Shown here piece by piece: positions 1-14,230 of a stretch of 64,000 nucleotides of DNA (the first letter of the stretch is position 1; every line of letters begins with the position of its first letter). Under the pieces are notes generated by a model. That model ran no database searches and was not told the DNA's origin. It saw only the letters and a list, made by a program, of their open reading frames with translations. Source of the stretch: a virus (Duplodnaviria; Caudoviricetes); IMG/VR virus record IMGVR_UViG_3300031998_000028, positions 1-64,000 of that record; one strand, written 5' to 3'. The position numbers and the translations under genes are program-made.

Positions 1-3000
1 AGCACTTTATCATAGTTAAAATTACCTGATAAAATGGCTGTAGATTTTAACAAAGCTTTTGTTAATGCTAATAAGGCTTTGGATGATTTTATAAGTAAGT
101 CTTCTAAAGGTATCAAAACTAAAGGTGATGCCAATGGAATTACTAAATCTTTTGAAAATGTTACAAAAGAATTAAATAATTTAGATAATTTAATGATAAA
201 ACTTCAAGGCTAGATTGGTAATGGTATTGATTTAAGTAATATTATTAAATTTGATGATACAACCAAAACAAAGTTAGAAGAAATTGGCAATGAAGTTAAT
301 GCTCTTTAGTCACAAATTGATAGTATTAATGCGGGGAAATTATCTGAATTAGAATAGGCCTTGAATGCAATTGCGACGGCAAAAGCAAAAGAGCAAGGAA
401 CTGAGGCTATAGAGTTATTTAAATAGGGAGACATAGAAGGCGCACTAAATTTATTAGACGCGGTTATAACTAAACTTGAAGCAGTAAAAAAAGCAAATGA
501 AGCTTAGGGACATAATACAGCAAATATAGAAGCTAGTCTTAGAGCTTTAGCTTCTATGCAATCTACTATTCAAAATGCATAGGAAGCTACAGCTAATTTA
601 GTAAATGAATAGAATTTAAAAATAGCAGAAGGCGCCCAAATTGCAGCAGATGCTGAACAAAATTTTGCTACAAAATTACAGTAGGCAAAGGAAGCTGCGC
701 ATGGTTTAGCGGAAGGCGCGAATGAAGCTAATGGTGCTATACGATAGGGTGTTGAAGACTAGGCAAATTTTATACATGAAATTGATCAAGTAAAATCTCG
801 TATCGCACATTTCTTTGGATTAGCTAATTCTATTAATTTAGTAAAACGTGCCATTCGTGACGCCTTTAATACAATTAAAGAGCTTGATAAAGTAATGACT
901 GAAACTGCAGTTGTTACTGATTTTTCAGTTAGTGATATGTGGTCACAGCTTCCAGAATACACAAAACGCGCAAATGAGCTTGGTGTTACTACAAAAGCTG
1001 CATATGAAGCTGCGACTCTTTATTACTAGCAAGGTTTAAAAACTAATGAAGTAAATGCACTTTCGGTTGAAACTTTGAAGATGGCACGTATTGCGGGTCT
1101 TGATGCGGCCGAGGCAACTGACCGTATGACCAATGCGCTTCGTGGCTTCAACATGGAGCTTACGGAAGCAAATGCATAGCGAGTAGACGATGTATATTCC
1201 GAACTTGCTGCAAATACTGCATCTAATGTTGATGAAATTTCAACTGCTATGACCAAAGTCGCTTCTCTTGCTAATAATGCAAATATGGAATTTGAGACAA
1301 CTGCGGCTTTCTTGGCGTAGATTATTGAGACAACTCGTGAATCGGCGGAAACGGCTGGTACGGCACTTAAAACTGTTGTAGCAAGATTTTCAGAAGTTAA
1401 AAAATTATTTGATGAAGGCCAAGTCAAGGGATAGGATTCTGAAGGCGAGATTATTGATGTAAACAAAGTATAGGCAGCTTTACGTACAGCTAATATTGAT
1501 ATGAGTAAATACTTCTTAGGAGAGGTAGGGCTTGACGATATTTTCATGGAGTTGGCTTCTAAGTGGAATTCACTCACTACGTTACAATAGAGATATATTG
1601 CAACTTAGGCTGCTGGTTCTCGTTAGCAATCTCGTTTTATCGCTATGATGTCTAACTATGCGCGCACTTAGGAGCTTGTTGGTAAAGCTTATAATTCAAC
1701 CGGCGCAGCAGAACGTCAATTTGAGAAAACATAGGAATCTCTAGAATCTAAGCTTAATCGTTTAAAGAACGCTTGGAATGAGTTCACTATGGGTCTAACA
1801 AATAATGTTATAGTTAAAGGAGCCGTTGATATATTAACAATGTTATTAAATATTGTTAATAAGCTAACAGGTGTTTTTGGCGATGCGGCCGGTTCGGTTT
1901 TAAAATTTGTTACTGCAGCTATGGCTTTTAAGGGTCTTAAAACTTTATTTATGTCTGGTGGACTTTTTGAAAACGGCCTTCTTAAAGCGTTTTCTGGTAC
2001 AGCATTAGAAACGATTTTAACAAAAATTGGTATTGGCAAAGCGGCGGAAGGAACGTTGTCTAAAGCAGCGGCTGGAGAAGGGACAACAATAGGTAAGGCT
2101 TTATTTGGTGGCATTACTACTGCTCTTAAAAGTGTTTGGGCTTCTTTTGAATCATTTGGAACATTACTTTCTGGTGGAGCGCTTACAGGAGCTACTGCTG
2201 GTTTTGCGAGTTTGGCAGTGGAAATAGGACTAGTAGTTGCTGCACTTATAGCAGCATAGGCTGCCTATAGTAAATGGCTAAAATATACTGATAAAGGGCA
2301 TATTAAAATTGCTGAAAACTATGCGAAAGCTATGCATACGGTAGCAGATAGCCTTTAGCAGTAGGCTAATCGGGCTAAAGATGCAAAGCAAAAAATTGAA
2401 GAATATAATAATAGCATATCTACAGCTGAGACTCCATAGAAACGTAATGAAGCAATTTTAGCATAGAATGAATATATTACTTCTTTATTAAAAGAAGATG
2501 CCACTTATGCTCAATATATACAACAGGTTACTTCTAGAGACGGTCAAATTTATTTGACTTTAGATTCTGCAGCTTTAGCTGATGCGGTTGATAAAATTGC
2601 GGAAGGTGCTTTAAGGGCTTCTGCATTAAGTGATATATCTGATGCGACAACTGCGTATGAAAAAGCTCAGTATTATGAAAATCAATTATAGAATGTTGAT
2701 TTAAATGGCGGCACTCGAACAGTATCTAGCGGTGGTACATCTGCTTAGGACTTAGGTAAATTAAAATGGTGGCAATTATTCGGTATGGGGCCGAGTGACT
2801 ATAGTGAAGCAAATTTTTAGACAACTCCTACCACAACTTATACTGCAGCCACTTAGGGTGAAAATGAAACATAGACGTTAACCGATGCTTAGAAGGCTCT
2901 TTATGCTTCACTTTAGAATTAGGCAACGGCTGAAAGAATATAGGCTTCAGCATTTTTAACTTCTGCTGGTACTAAATTTACCAATCTCTATGCTCCTAAT

Positions 3001-6000
3001 GCAAATTTAGATGCGTCTTAGGCCAGTTTGGTTGCTAATGCTTTTGCAAATACTTTCCAATTAGATGAAACTTTTAATAAATTAATTGATGAATATTCTA
3101 CATTTTTTCAGAAACAAAGTGAGGAATTTTTAGTATCTAGATATACTGATCTATTTGGGACCGCTCCAGAAACTAGAGATAAAGCAGAGCTAGCGCGTTC
3201 AATTGCTCAATAGGAAGCTTATGATGCCCAAGCTGGGCAAACCACCCAAAATCTTGCTAGTTTGGTAAAGGATGAAGCAGGAAGAGTTATAGTTGAGGCA
3301 TTATCTGGTTCATTTGATGGGGTAACTGAAAATCTTGGCTCTTAGCTTAGGGATGCTTATCGTAACTTAGATTCTGATTAGCAAAAAATGGTTCAACAGA
3401 TTTTAGGAGTTGAAGGTCGGCATGCATCGCAGAAGGCAATGGGCAGGTTAACTGCTCTAGGACAGGATTTAAGTAATGCAATAGATACAAATTTTATTGG
3501 CTAGCTTAGTAAGACAACTTCTTTTTCAACCAAATAGTTAGAAACTATTTCTAAAAAATTAACTGGAGCCTAGAAAAAATCACTTGCTCAAGTGGCTAAG
3601 AATTTTTCTTCTTATGGTAAAAAACTTTCTGATACTATTGTAACTGCTGCAACTAACAATATGCTGTCAGCAAACCCTGATTAGGCGGAGAATGATTTCA
3701 TTGATAAGCTTTCTAATCTTAGTGATAATCCAGTATTATTATTATAGGCCATTAATGACGCAGCCGCCAATGCTAGTGGAGAAGTTTAGAAATTAGCTAC
3801 TGATTTACAAGAAAAATTAGCAGATAATCCAGCATTTTCTTCATCTCAACAATTACAATTCTTCCTTACATCAGGTGAGTTTGAAAAAATAAATGAGCAA
3901 CTTGAAAAATTTATTGAAGAAAATGAGACAATTACACCAGAATATCTTAACGAGTTAGCGGCAAGTAGTGAAACTTTAAGTGCTTTAATAGACAATAATG
4001 TTGTCAGTATTGAAGGTCTTGCTAATATTTTAAATGGTTTATCAAGCGGCCGCATTGGTATTTTTGAATTAAGTGATTCATTAATTGATTTATATAATGA
4101 TTTTTATGACGTAGAAGGGGCTGCCACTAGAGCATATGCTACTATTAATAATTTTAAATTTAGTGGCGATGGTACTGAATTTCATTAGTATATTTAGGGC
4201 TTAATAGATAAATTAAAAGAATTACAAAAAACCGGCCAATACGGCGCGATGTCAAAATATTTAGCTGAGTTTTTTGATGATGTACCAAAAGGCGTTAAAG
4301 AAATTGACAAAGCTATTAAACTCTTAGATAAATTATAGAAGAATAATGGCGGAGATTTTTGGACTGATTTATTTGGTTTAAAATATAAGACTGGTAAAAA
4401 TGGTTAGAAAACTTTTGATTTCTAGAAAGTTATTGATTAGTTTTTAGCTAGTGGTAGTACTAACTTTAAAGATTATATAAAGAAAAAATTTAAAGATAAA
4501 TATGGCTTGAGCTTAAAAGATTCAATGATAGATGTTTTAATTGGAGATTTAGGCAGCCATAGAGATTTAAAAACAGAGATTGCTAATGCTTAGATTACCA
4601 ATACGATTAAAAAATACGTTGATGGTTTAGGAAAAGGTGTAAAGGTTGATAAAGATGCTATTAAGAAAAAGATTGCTCAAATAGCAAAACAATATAACTT
4701 AGATCCTACTGAGCTATTAAAGAATTTTCTTAATGAGAATGGTAAAAAGAGTGGTAAAGGTAAAGGTACTAAATGGAAATATAAAGGCGTTACTTTTACA
4801 CAAGACGACCTTGATATGTCTGGCATTGATTCAACCGTTACTTCTTTAGAAACGGCAGTTAATTCTGCTTTAAAAGATAAAGAAATAAGGGCTAAATTTA
4901 AAAAACTTGGTATTGATCTTTCTGATCCAAAAGCTATAAAAAAGATTGACATGAGCACACTTTTATAGGCTTTGGGCACGGATAAAGATGGCCATTTTGA
5001 TTTAGGTACTGCTTACGCAACATTATCTAATCTTGTCACTGAAGTTGGAGACGGCACATTAACTCCATAGCAATGGGTCGATCAACAATTAAATGGTCAA
5101 CCACTTAAACTAAAAGCTACTTTTGATTATGTTGGACAAGACGAGAACGGGAATTTTACAACTAAGCCTTTAGAAGTCACAGTCACAGCGGGAGATACTT
5201 CTAAATTAGAGGAAACACTAGCAGGTATTGGCGAATCGGTTCCCAATTTAGTTGAAGATATGGGCTTAGAAAATACTAAAGAACTATTAGACGAAATAGA
5301 AGGTGGCTTAGTAAACTTCGATAATACTACTCATACAATTAATGTAACATATACTAGTGCATCTGAAGCTGCAGGTGTTGCAACTAATCTTAAGAATACT
5401 TTAGCAGAAATAAATACAACTTCATATACAGCAAACGTTGACGTTAAAGCCAAAAAATCAGAATTAAAAATTACTGGCAAGAATGGTCAAGTAATTACAT
5501 TTACAATTTCAACCGCTGCACGTGGTGGAATTGTTGGGTCTTTCGCCAATGGTAATAATTCTATCTAGCCAGGACTCGCTTTGACAGGCGAAGAAGCTCC
5601 TGAGATTGTTTGGAACGCGGAAAAAGGCTATGCTTATTTAGCTGGGAAAAATGGACCGGAAATTAATAATTTAAAGCCGGGAGACCGTATTTTTAATGGG
5701 TAGTAGACAAAAGATATACTAAGACGTAGTGGTATTTCCTCTTTTAGTAAGGGAGGCATGATTCCTTCTTATGCGTTGCCGGTTCCTTGGGGTACAGATC
5801 CAACTGGGCCGGGTACTGGCACTAGATCTACAGAGAAAAAACGAGATTGGAAGAACGAATTGGATTGGCTTTACAATTTAGTTTAGGATATCGCTGAACA
5901 TATGCGTAAAGTAGATCTTTTTACATTAAAATATGATAAATATCTACATGGCACGGGTAGAAAGAGTAGTACTTTATATGACTATATTAAAAAATAGTTA

Positions 6001-7329
6001 GAACAATTAGAAGCGGCTCAAGACGATTATAACAGCGAATATAAAAAACGTGGAACCGAATTAGAAAAATTAAATAAGGCGGCTAACGACGATAAATTGG
6101 GTAAATATGTACAATATAACACAAAGGATAATACTGTTGAAATTGATTGGAAAAAAATTAATGAATTGGCCAAATCTGGTAGTGATAAAGATAAAAAGAA
6201 ATATGACACAATTGTAGAATATATTAATAAAATGGAAGCCGCAAAATCGAAGCGCGATGAAGCAGAAAAAGCTATGCTTGAAATTAATGAATAGGTATAT
6301 GAAATTAAAACGCAAATGCGTGATTCATATATTAGTTTAGAAAATCGAGTTTTAGATGCTGTAGAAACTAGTCGTTAGAATCAAATAGATAAATTATCAA
6401 AACTAAATGATAGTATTGATAATGTTAATAGTAATATTTTAAATTCTATTTAGAAAGAAATTGAATTATAGCGTTAGATTCGTGATAATACTAAAACTGA
6501 AAAAGAAATTACTGATATGGAAACACGATTAGCATTTTTGCGTAGAGACACTACAGGCTCTAATTAGGCTGAAATTTTACAATTAGAAAAATAGTTGCAA
6601 GAAGCTAGAGAGAGCTATAGTGATACCTTATTAGATCAATCTTTAGATAAATTGTCTGAAGTCAATGAGAATGCTAAAGAATAGCGCGAATAGTAGATTA
6701 ATTTACTACAAGAGCAATTAGATTATGATAAAGAAAATGGAAAATTATGGTCGGAAGTTACAACATTAATAAAGGGAGCATTTACCGGTGGTACTGTTAA
6801 AGATAAATCTAAATTAATAGATTTATTAAAAGGAACGGAATTGTATAACAGTTTAAGTAGCGCTTAGAGATCATAGTGGTCTCAAGAACTATTACAATAG
6901 CTAAAAGATGCTGGGGTTTATTTACTTTATCAAGCAGATCAAAAGAAAACAACAGGAAAGAACAGTACTACAACCGTACAAGGCAATAATGTAACTTTAG
7001 CTGGATAGTCTTCAAATACAACAGATACCACTAAAACAACTTCTGATACAACGCAATCAAATTCCAATCAAACAGTAACTAATCCTTTACCAGACAGCTA
7101 TCTTTCTAATAACAGTGATTTTATTTCATTACCAAATATAGAATCAGCAGCTATTAATGGTAATTAGACAAATAATGCTTATACTGATAATTCAACCTTT
7201 AATATTGAAATAAATGTCGGCTCTCTTAATAATGATTATGATGTAGATTAGCTAATTAATCGTATTAAAGAAGAGTTATATGACTCAGCCGCTTATCGTA
7301 ATGTTACTTCATTATCATTTATACGCTAA
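1..7329 (+). CDS. Tail tape measure protein (5'-partial, >2400 aa, TAG=Gln)
   Basis: Frame 1 appears open from base 1 to TAA at 7327-7329 when TAG is read through; track ORFs at 1789, 3028, 5260 and 6097 are all in this frame. TP901-like core (ELDKVMTETAVVT...MTKVASLANNANMEFETTAAFLAQ), Ala/Gly-rich hydrophobic segments, followed by a Dit-like gene. Confidence 0.9.
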
Positions 7330-7335
7330 TAGGAA

Positions 7336-7361
7336 TATAGGGGAGATAACTCTCCCCTATA
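7336..7361 (+). terminator. Stem-loop between TMP and Dit, abutting the Dit SD
   Basis: TATAGGGGAGA-TAAC-TCTCCCCTATA, immediately before AAGGAGG. No U-tract on +, so it may be an RNA-stability or processing hairpin rather than a terminator. Confidence 0.45.
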
Positions 7362-7374
7362 AAAGGAGGTTTAT

Positions 7375-8190
7375 ATGAGTGTTTTTTAGGGAGATTTTTT
7401 AGGTTTTACTCTAGGTGATATTCATTCTTCATTATTAAATATAACTCGCGTTAGCTCTAGTGATAGATATGAAAATAATTTATTGCCTACTTTCAAAGAT
7501 AGCACAGTGGAAATCCCTGGTGGGGATGGTACATATTACTTTGATACTAATTATAGTTCACGAACTTTTAATATAGATTTTGCTTATGATAATTTACATG
7601 ATGAAGATATGCGTGCGTTAAGTCAAACTTTAGGTTTTAAAGGCATACAACCTCTTATTTTTGACGAAACGCCATATAAAAAATATATGGTGAAATGCGC
7701 GGCTTAGCCATCTTTAAAATATATTTGTTTTGATTAGTATGGTACACGTATATATAAAGGTGAAGGGACAGTCAGTTTAATTGCTTATTACCCTTATGCA
7801 ATTAGTACAGTACCAACAATTGCAAATAATACATCTAGTAACTTTTTATCAAATGAAGGTGACATTGAAACAAACTTATAGGTTACATATAATATCAATC
7901 AAGTTACTCCTTTAAATAATTTAGTTTTAAAATTATAGGATATTACATAGCTCGACTTATATACATTAACATTAAATAAAATTAGTAAATAGAGTACTAA
8001 TGATGGATATATATTAGTAGATTTTGATACTCATTTGATCGAAGGGTTGGATAGTAATTTTAAAAAGACTGGGAATTTATATAATAAATTTATAAAATCG
8101 GGAGATTTCTTTAAATTACCAGTTGGACAATTTTATTTTTAGAGCAATGCTATAGCTACAGAAATAAAATATAATATGTTATATTATTGA
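7375..8190 (+). CDS. Distal tail protein (Dit-like), TAG=Gln
   Basis: AAGGAGG SD, ATG 7375, TGA 8188-8190; MSVFQGDFLGFTLGDIHSS...TVEIPGGDGTYY...LIFDETPYKKY; directly after TMP. Confidence 0.8.
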
Positions 8191-8200
8191 GGATCAATCA

Positions 8201-11200
8201 ATGAGTAAATATGAAATAAGTATATGGAAAGATTTACCTACAACTGGTTCTTATTTGTAGGAAGAAAAAATTGCTATTATTGGGGCGAATGACATGACTG
8301 TTCCTTTTCGTGCCTTATCCCCTAATTTAATAGAAGATATAAATGGTACAACTACGTTTACCTTTGAAATGAAAACAACTTATATTGATAATGTAACCGG
8401 AGAGACCTGTGATAATCCATTTATCCCATATTTATTTAACGAAAGAAAAATTAAAGTATACTGGAATAGTAAATGGTATGATTTAATTATAAAAAAGTGT
8501 TCGTCTGATAATGTTAATAAAACTGTTCAATATACTTGTACTGATATTTTTATTAATGAATTAAGTAAAAACGGTTATTCTATAGAATTTGATACTGATT
8601 TATAGAATAATATAGGCACGGCCGCGGAATTAGCACAAGTAGTTCTTGAAGGCACGTCTTGGTAGTATAGTAATGAATTATCATCTCCAATAGTGCAAAA
8701 GGTAAAAGGACCTGTATATGAAGTTACTGTAAAAGAAAATGGTAGGTTTAGTAGTACAAAATAGAGTCCATTAGGTGATACTTCTAAATTAATTCCTAAC
8801 GGAGCAAAAATTTTAGTATTCTATGATTCTATTGTTGATATATTAAATTTAAAAACCAATACATATTCTAAAGCAATACCTGTATAGTTTATTTATACTG
8901 ATGAAAATATTGACTTTCAAACTGATGTTAATGAAAAATTAGTTATTAATGGAAATTGTTATACTTGTAACTTTCGTTTTAGAAAAGTAACAAGAGACAA
9001 TAAAATCTTTTTAGTCGCAGATAAGATACGTGATACTACATATGTAGACTGTTTTGAAATAAATATTAGCGATGGTGTATCTAATCGTTATGTAGCAGAA
9101 CGTTTAGTTCGCGCGCGGAAAACTACCATTGATCCAATATTAAATAGAACTGTAACTTTGTGCAAAGATGCAAATGATAAAGACGTATATGAAATCATAA
9201 GTACTGAATATAGTAGTCCACAACTAGTTACAAATTTAATGGCAAATCCGATAAATTTTGTTAATACTCAAAGCTGGGCTGGTAAGATTGGAACAATTGG
9301 TTTCTTTCCTGCACTTACTGATTCTACTGATGTTGCAAATTATCAAGGTGAGGCATATTTAACTTTAAATAATGGCGATAGTTACAATGGTGGTATTTTA
9401 GCTAATATTGCTTATTTTACACCAACAGAAGCAGAAATATCAAAAGGAAATACTGGCGGTATTCATAAAGGTGAAAAATATATTTTTCGTATTCGTTGTA
9501 CTAAAGAGGCGCCATATGCTTCGAATAAGCTTCAAGCAGTCGGCGGTGGAAAATACAAGAGTTTAATTATTGGTAATATCTATCCATATGATAAGAACAA
9601 TTTAACTATATAGACAGGAGCAATTTTTAATATTTCAGATACTTGTGTGATTAAAAATATAAGCGGAAAAAGTTAGATGTGGATTGAATTAACTTTAACT
9701 GCAAATAAATCTGTGACAGTTACAAACTTAAAAGATTATGCAATATTTGTTCGCAATAATACTGGAGCAGTGCAAAAGATTTTTGAATTTTAGTTCTATA
9801 AATATGTAACAGGTGTAACCTCTTACGATGAAAATGCAACTATTGAAAGAATTGATCCAGGTGAAATTTCTTTATCATCGCTCGCAACAGAAGTATATAA
9901 ATATTATTATCCAATTAAAAAAGGGACAGCTACTGATATAAAATATCTTTACGTTGGGGACACAGAATCACCAAATTATACGCCATAGTATAATAATTAT
10001 GAAAAGAATGGTACAATTAGTGTAAAAGAATCCAATCGTTTTAATTTATTATAGACTATAGCAGAAACTTTTTAGGCGTGGGTTCATTTCAAAATTGATC
10101 ACGAAGAAAACGGTGCAATTAAAATTGAAGATGGCAAGCCGCAAAAATTTGTATACTTTACGGAAGAGATAGGTGAAGAAACTGGACTAACTTTTGAATA
10201 TGGTATAGATTTAAAAACTATATCTCGTGAGGTTACTTCTGATAGCTTAGTTACAAAGACTTTAGTACTACCTAATAGTAATGAATTTGCTGAAAATGGT
10301 TTTTGTTCTATCGCGCGCAGTCCCGAAAATTATACAAAAGAAAACTTTATTTTAAACTTTGATTATTATATTTAGTAGGGTTTATTAGATGAAGATACTT
10401 TGCTTAATGATTTATATGGTATAAATGATAATTCTATTGGATATTATTATTATTTATAGCAATATAATAATAGCTATGATGAAAATACTAAAATTATTTC
10501 ATAGAATTAGTTAGATTTGTTAGATATTTAGGCAAAAAAAGAAAGTTATGAAACCTATATAAGAGCTATATAGAGCGAAATTATAGAAGTATAGAATAGT
10601 TTACTTGCTATTGCTGGTTAGACTAATTATAATAGTTAGGCTATGACAAAATTTTTAAACGATAATAAAGATAAACCAGAAGTAGCAGCAAAATTAAGTT
10701 CTTTAACTCGTCTTAAATCAAAATTAACTAGTTATTAGAATTCTTATACGATAGCAGAAAGTAGGGTTGCAACATTAGAACATGATATTGAAACATTAAC
10801 CAGCAATCAATAGCAAAAATTACTTGATGCCAAAGCAAAACATCAAGAGTTTAATAATAAATATGGTTAGTATATTATGGAAGGCACTTGGATTAATGAA
10901 GATTATATTGATGATACCAAGTATTATCTTGATGCATTAGAAGTGGCTTATACTTCTAGTAGACCAAGTTTATCATATACAATTAATGTATTAAGACTTA
11001 GCGAACTAGAAAAATTCTCATCTAAAATCTTTCATCTTGGAGATATATGCTATATTTAGGATACAGAGTTTTTTGGCTATCTGCCTGATAGAATTACTCC
11101 TTATAAAGAAAAGATTTTAATAAATAAAATTAGTTATTTCTTTGATGAACCTTCTAAAGATGTTATAACAGTATAGAATTATAAAACAAAATTCGATGAT

Positions 11201-12217
11201 TTGTTCCAACGTATTGCCGCGGCCACCCAAAGTCTTACTTTTGCATAGGGTTCATATAATCGCGCAGCTAGCACATTAAACAGTGATGGAACCATCAAGT
11301 CAGCAATACTTTAGAAAACTATTGATTAGAGTACAAATTTAATTTTAAATAGTACAAATCAAAGTGTATCATGGGATAACACTGGTATTACAGTTATTGA
11401 TAATCTTAATGCAGCCAATTAGACTAAGATTATTGCTGGTGGTTTATTTATTACAGATGATGGCGGAGCCACATGGAAAAATGCTATTAGCGGTAATGGT
11501 ATTTCTGCTAATTTATTAACAGCTGGGCGCATTAATACGGATCAAATTTATATTTATAATGACGATAAGCCAACTTTTCTTTGGGATAAAAATGGTTTAA
11601 CTGCTTATAAAATATCTAATAATGAAATATCATCTGGATAGTTCGTAAGATTTGATCAATATGGTTTATATGGGTATAAGAATGACGAAGAAGATTTTAG
11701 TATATCAGAAGGATAGACTCCGTTTGATAATCCATATGTTAATTTTTCTTTAGGATGGGATGGATTGCGATTACGTTCTGTAAGAGACGTAACAGATCCG
11801 TAGTCAGGTGTGATTGTTGACGAAGATACTGGTGAGGAAATTCCTTTACCTCCAAAAACCTATCATGGTGAATTAATTATTGATTAGGCGGAATGTGCTA
11901 TTATTATTAAATCTGAAGATTAGGAAAGAATACGTATAGGCTAGTTAGATAATGGTAAAACTTTTGGTTTAGTTATTTATGATGAAAATCATGATGTTGT
12001 ATTTAGTACTGCTACAGCTGATACATCAGTAGTAACTACAGTAGACGGTGAGCAGAAACAAACAAGTATAAGTAATGGTACTACTCTAAGTGGTTTTAAA
12101 GTTTTTAGTGGTAGCCTTACTGCACTCGATGGTAGTTGGAGTCTTTCTAATAATGGATATAACGGTTAGGTATATACTTTCTCAGAAGATGAAACGTTAA
12201 GTGAATATGAAGGATAA
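8201..12217 (+). CDS. Large minor tail / tail-spike (Tal-like) protein, ~1338 aa, TAG=Gln
   Basis: Frame 2 joins track ORFs 8294, 9158 and 10877 and ends at TAA 12215-12217; TMP-Dit-Tal synteny; coiled coil and C-terminal TDDGGATWKNAISGNGISANLLTAGRINT motif. Confidence 0.8.
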
Positions 12218-12244
12218 AAGCACAAGCATAAAGCTTGTGCTTTT
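12216..12244. terminator. Bidirectional intrinsic terminator between convergent tail and replication operons
   Basis: AAAAGCACAAGC-ATAAA-GCTTGTGCTTTT. Confidence 0.85.
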
Positions 12245-12590
12245 AACTTTTTATTATTGGTAATAATTTTTCAAGTAAGTCTATCCTAAGTTTTGGATCG
12301 TTTAGTTTTATCAATTCAATTTTAGGCAAATCTAAATCTACTTTAATATCCATTAACTAATCAAATTCTTTTGCAAGATTCTACATATCTGTATTAGTAA
12401 ATGTATCATCATTGGGATTTTTATACTGTTTCATTAAGTCTTGTCGAGTCAGCATTATTGCTTTATAATGTGGCTCAAGCAATACCTTAATTCTTACTAA
12501 AGTATAATTTGTTTCTATATCTAGCTATAATCCTAAAGTATATATTTCTGCTATCCCTTCATATAGCTAAATAATTTCTCTATTAGTCAC
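12243..12590 (-). CDS. Hypothetical protein (115 aa, TAG=Gln)
   Basis: GTG start after a purine-rich SD; open with 4 in-frame TAG to TAA; absent from the ORF track. Confidence 0.65.
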
Positions 12591-12593
12591 CTA

Positions 12594-13322
12594 TCATCCC
12601 TCTCCCTCCCAATCGACAATTTCAACTTTTGGGGTCTAAATATCACTATAATATTTTCCAATTCCAATAGCATCACATTCGTCTTCAGTAGGCATTATAC
12701 CATACCACTATTTTACAAGTAGTTGCATACTTCTTTTTTTGTCCACTCGTGATTTTCCGCGGACGCCGCAATGAAGACGCCAAGTATTTGTATTGACCAC
12801 TTTATATGATTTTTTCTCTTCATAACAAGTAACCATTAAAATACCTTGAAGGCGCGCGAGCGTCTCAAACGTTGTAACACCCGCGGCCGCCTAGTACTGA
12901 ATACCTTCAAGTCCAATAAAATCAATCTAATACTATTCAATTAATGATATAAGCCATTGTTTGACCTGTGCGCAGCGTTCAATATCATTTTCTCCAGTTG
13001 CCTCAAAAGTGCCATAATCTATAAGTTCTTTATTACTAAAAACTGCATATCCACTTATATGAGTGGCCTAATCCAGTGCGAGTATACGATACTCGCCTTT
13101 TTTCTTTTTAGTGTTATGAAACTCTTTCGTTTTAAGGCTCGCGCGCATACAAATTGGACAAATCCGAGTTTCTCTAAATTTCTTCCAAGGGCCAATTACA
13201 GTATGGCCCTTGTCACATCGAAATTCTAAATTCGTATCTAAATTTTTATAAGTTTCGCTTACAAGCGTCCATTTATCAGACTGGAGCGTCTATTTAATAT
13301 CTTCAATATTGAGTCGTGCCAT
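12594..13322 (-). CDS. RuvC-like Holliday junction resolvase with N-terminal Zn-ribbon, TAG=Gln
   Basis: CDKGH...CPIC, then RILALDQATHISGYAVF (Q encoded by TAG), GLEGIQ, DECDAIGIG acidic motifs; ends TGA. Confidence 0.8.
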
Positions 13323-13330
13323 TTTAAGTT

Positions 13331-14218
13331 TTATTTTGTTCCTGTCGAACCGAATCCTTGACCGTGGTCTTTATCAAAGCTTCCAAGACTTGCTACAGGC
13401 AGCCAATTCACGATTGGGACTTCCACAAGACGCATTTGCGCGAATCGTTCGCCTTTTTCAATGATAAAACTAGAGCCATAAAGCGGCACAACGTCAAACT
13501 GATTGTCGTCTGAAACTTTACCGAATTGTACGTCTTTTATTGGTGGATCAATATTTTCAACTATAACTCCAATTTCCTCATGGTAATCACTGTCAATTAA
13601 ACCGGGCGTATTAGTGATACGTAGCTTAGTTTTACGACTAAGACCAGAACGAGGTTGAATTAAAAGGGCATAGCCAATAGGAATATTTACTTTTAAACCA
13701 GTAGGAATAACAACAGTTTCTCCAGGATTAATCGTATAATCTTCAGTAGCATAAATATCCATCGCGGCCGAACCATCGGTTGCATAAGTAGGCAATTTAG
13801 CATCTGCACGACATAGTTCAATTGGTATTTGAAGAATACGATGTGGAACATCTGTGGTGCTATTCATAGAATTAATAAAGCTAGCAAATAGATATTTAAG
13901 GAAGTCTTTTTTTGTATCTGTTAAAGTGATGTCTTCAGGCATCATTTGATCTATTGCTTCTGTAAGCAGGTCAAAATTGTTAGAAAAGTCTTCTACCTTA
14001 ACGCCTTTTTCATTCATCATTTGTACCAAAGCAATATGAGCTTCGGTATCATGAAAAGCCTGCTCAATACTGCCCATGAGAACAGGTTTAATAATTTCAA
14101 AAGATTCATCTGACATTGCCATTAGGGCGCCAAGTATTGCAATACCATCTGTATCTTCATCAGTCTCAAATACTCCATCTAATGTAGAAAAGATTTGATT
14201 TAAAATGTCTAGTTCCAT
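13331..14218 (-). CDS. dut: Trimeric dUTPase with ~125-aa N-terminal extension
   Basis: Motifs AAMD, PRSGLS, GLIDSDYH, RFAQM, GFGSTG. Confidence 0.92.
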   Translation of the reverse strand: MELDILNQIFSTLDGVFETDEDTDGIAILGALMAMSDESFEIIKPVLMGSIEQAFHDTEAHIALVQMMNEKGVKVEDFSNNFDLLTEAIDQMMPEDITLTDTKKDFLKYLFASFINSMNSTTDVPHRILQIPIELCRADAKLPTYATDGSAAMDIYATEDYTINPGETVVIPTGLKVNIPIGYALLIQPRSGLSRKTKLRITNTPGLIDSDYHEEIGVIVENIDPPIKDVQFGKVSDDNQFDVVPLYGSSFIIEKGERFAQMRLVEVPIVNWLPVASLGSFDKDHGQGFGSTGTK

Positions 14219-14230
14219 AATTATCTCCTT

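Noticed and set aside
1026-4979. Minus-strand track ORFs (1026-1577, 1716-2114, 3846-4055, 4677-4979) and similar antisense ORFs elsewhere
   Set aside because: Shadows of real genes on the opposite strand; no SD sites or recognisable motifs.
1-12217. Tail genes as pseudogenes of a decayed prophage
   Set aside because: The interruptions seen are in-frame TAG only, with no frameshifts or internal TAA/TGA noticed; recoding explains them.
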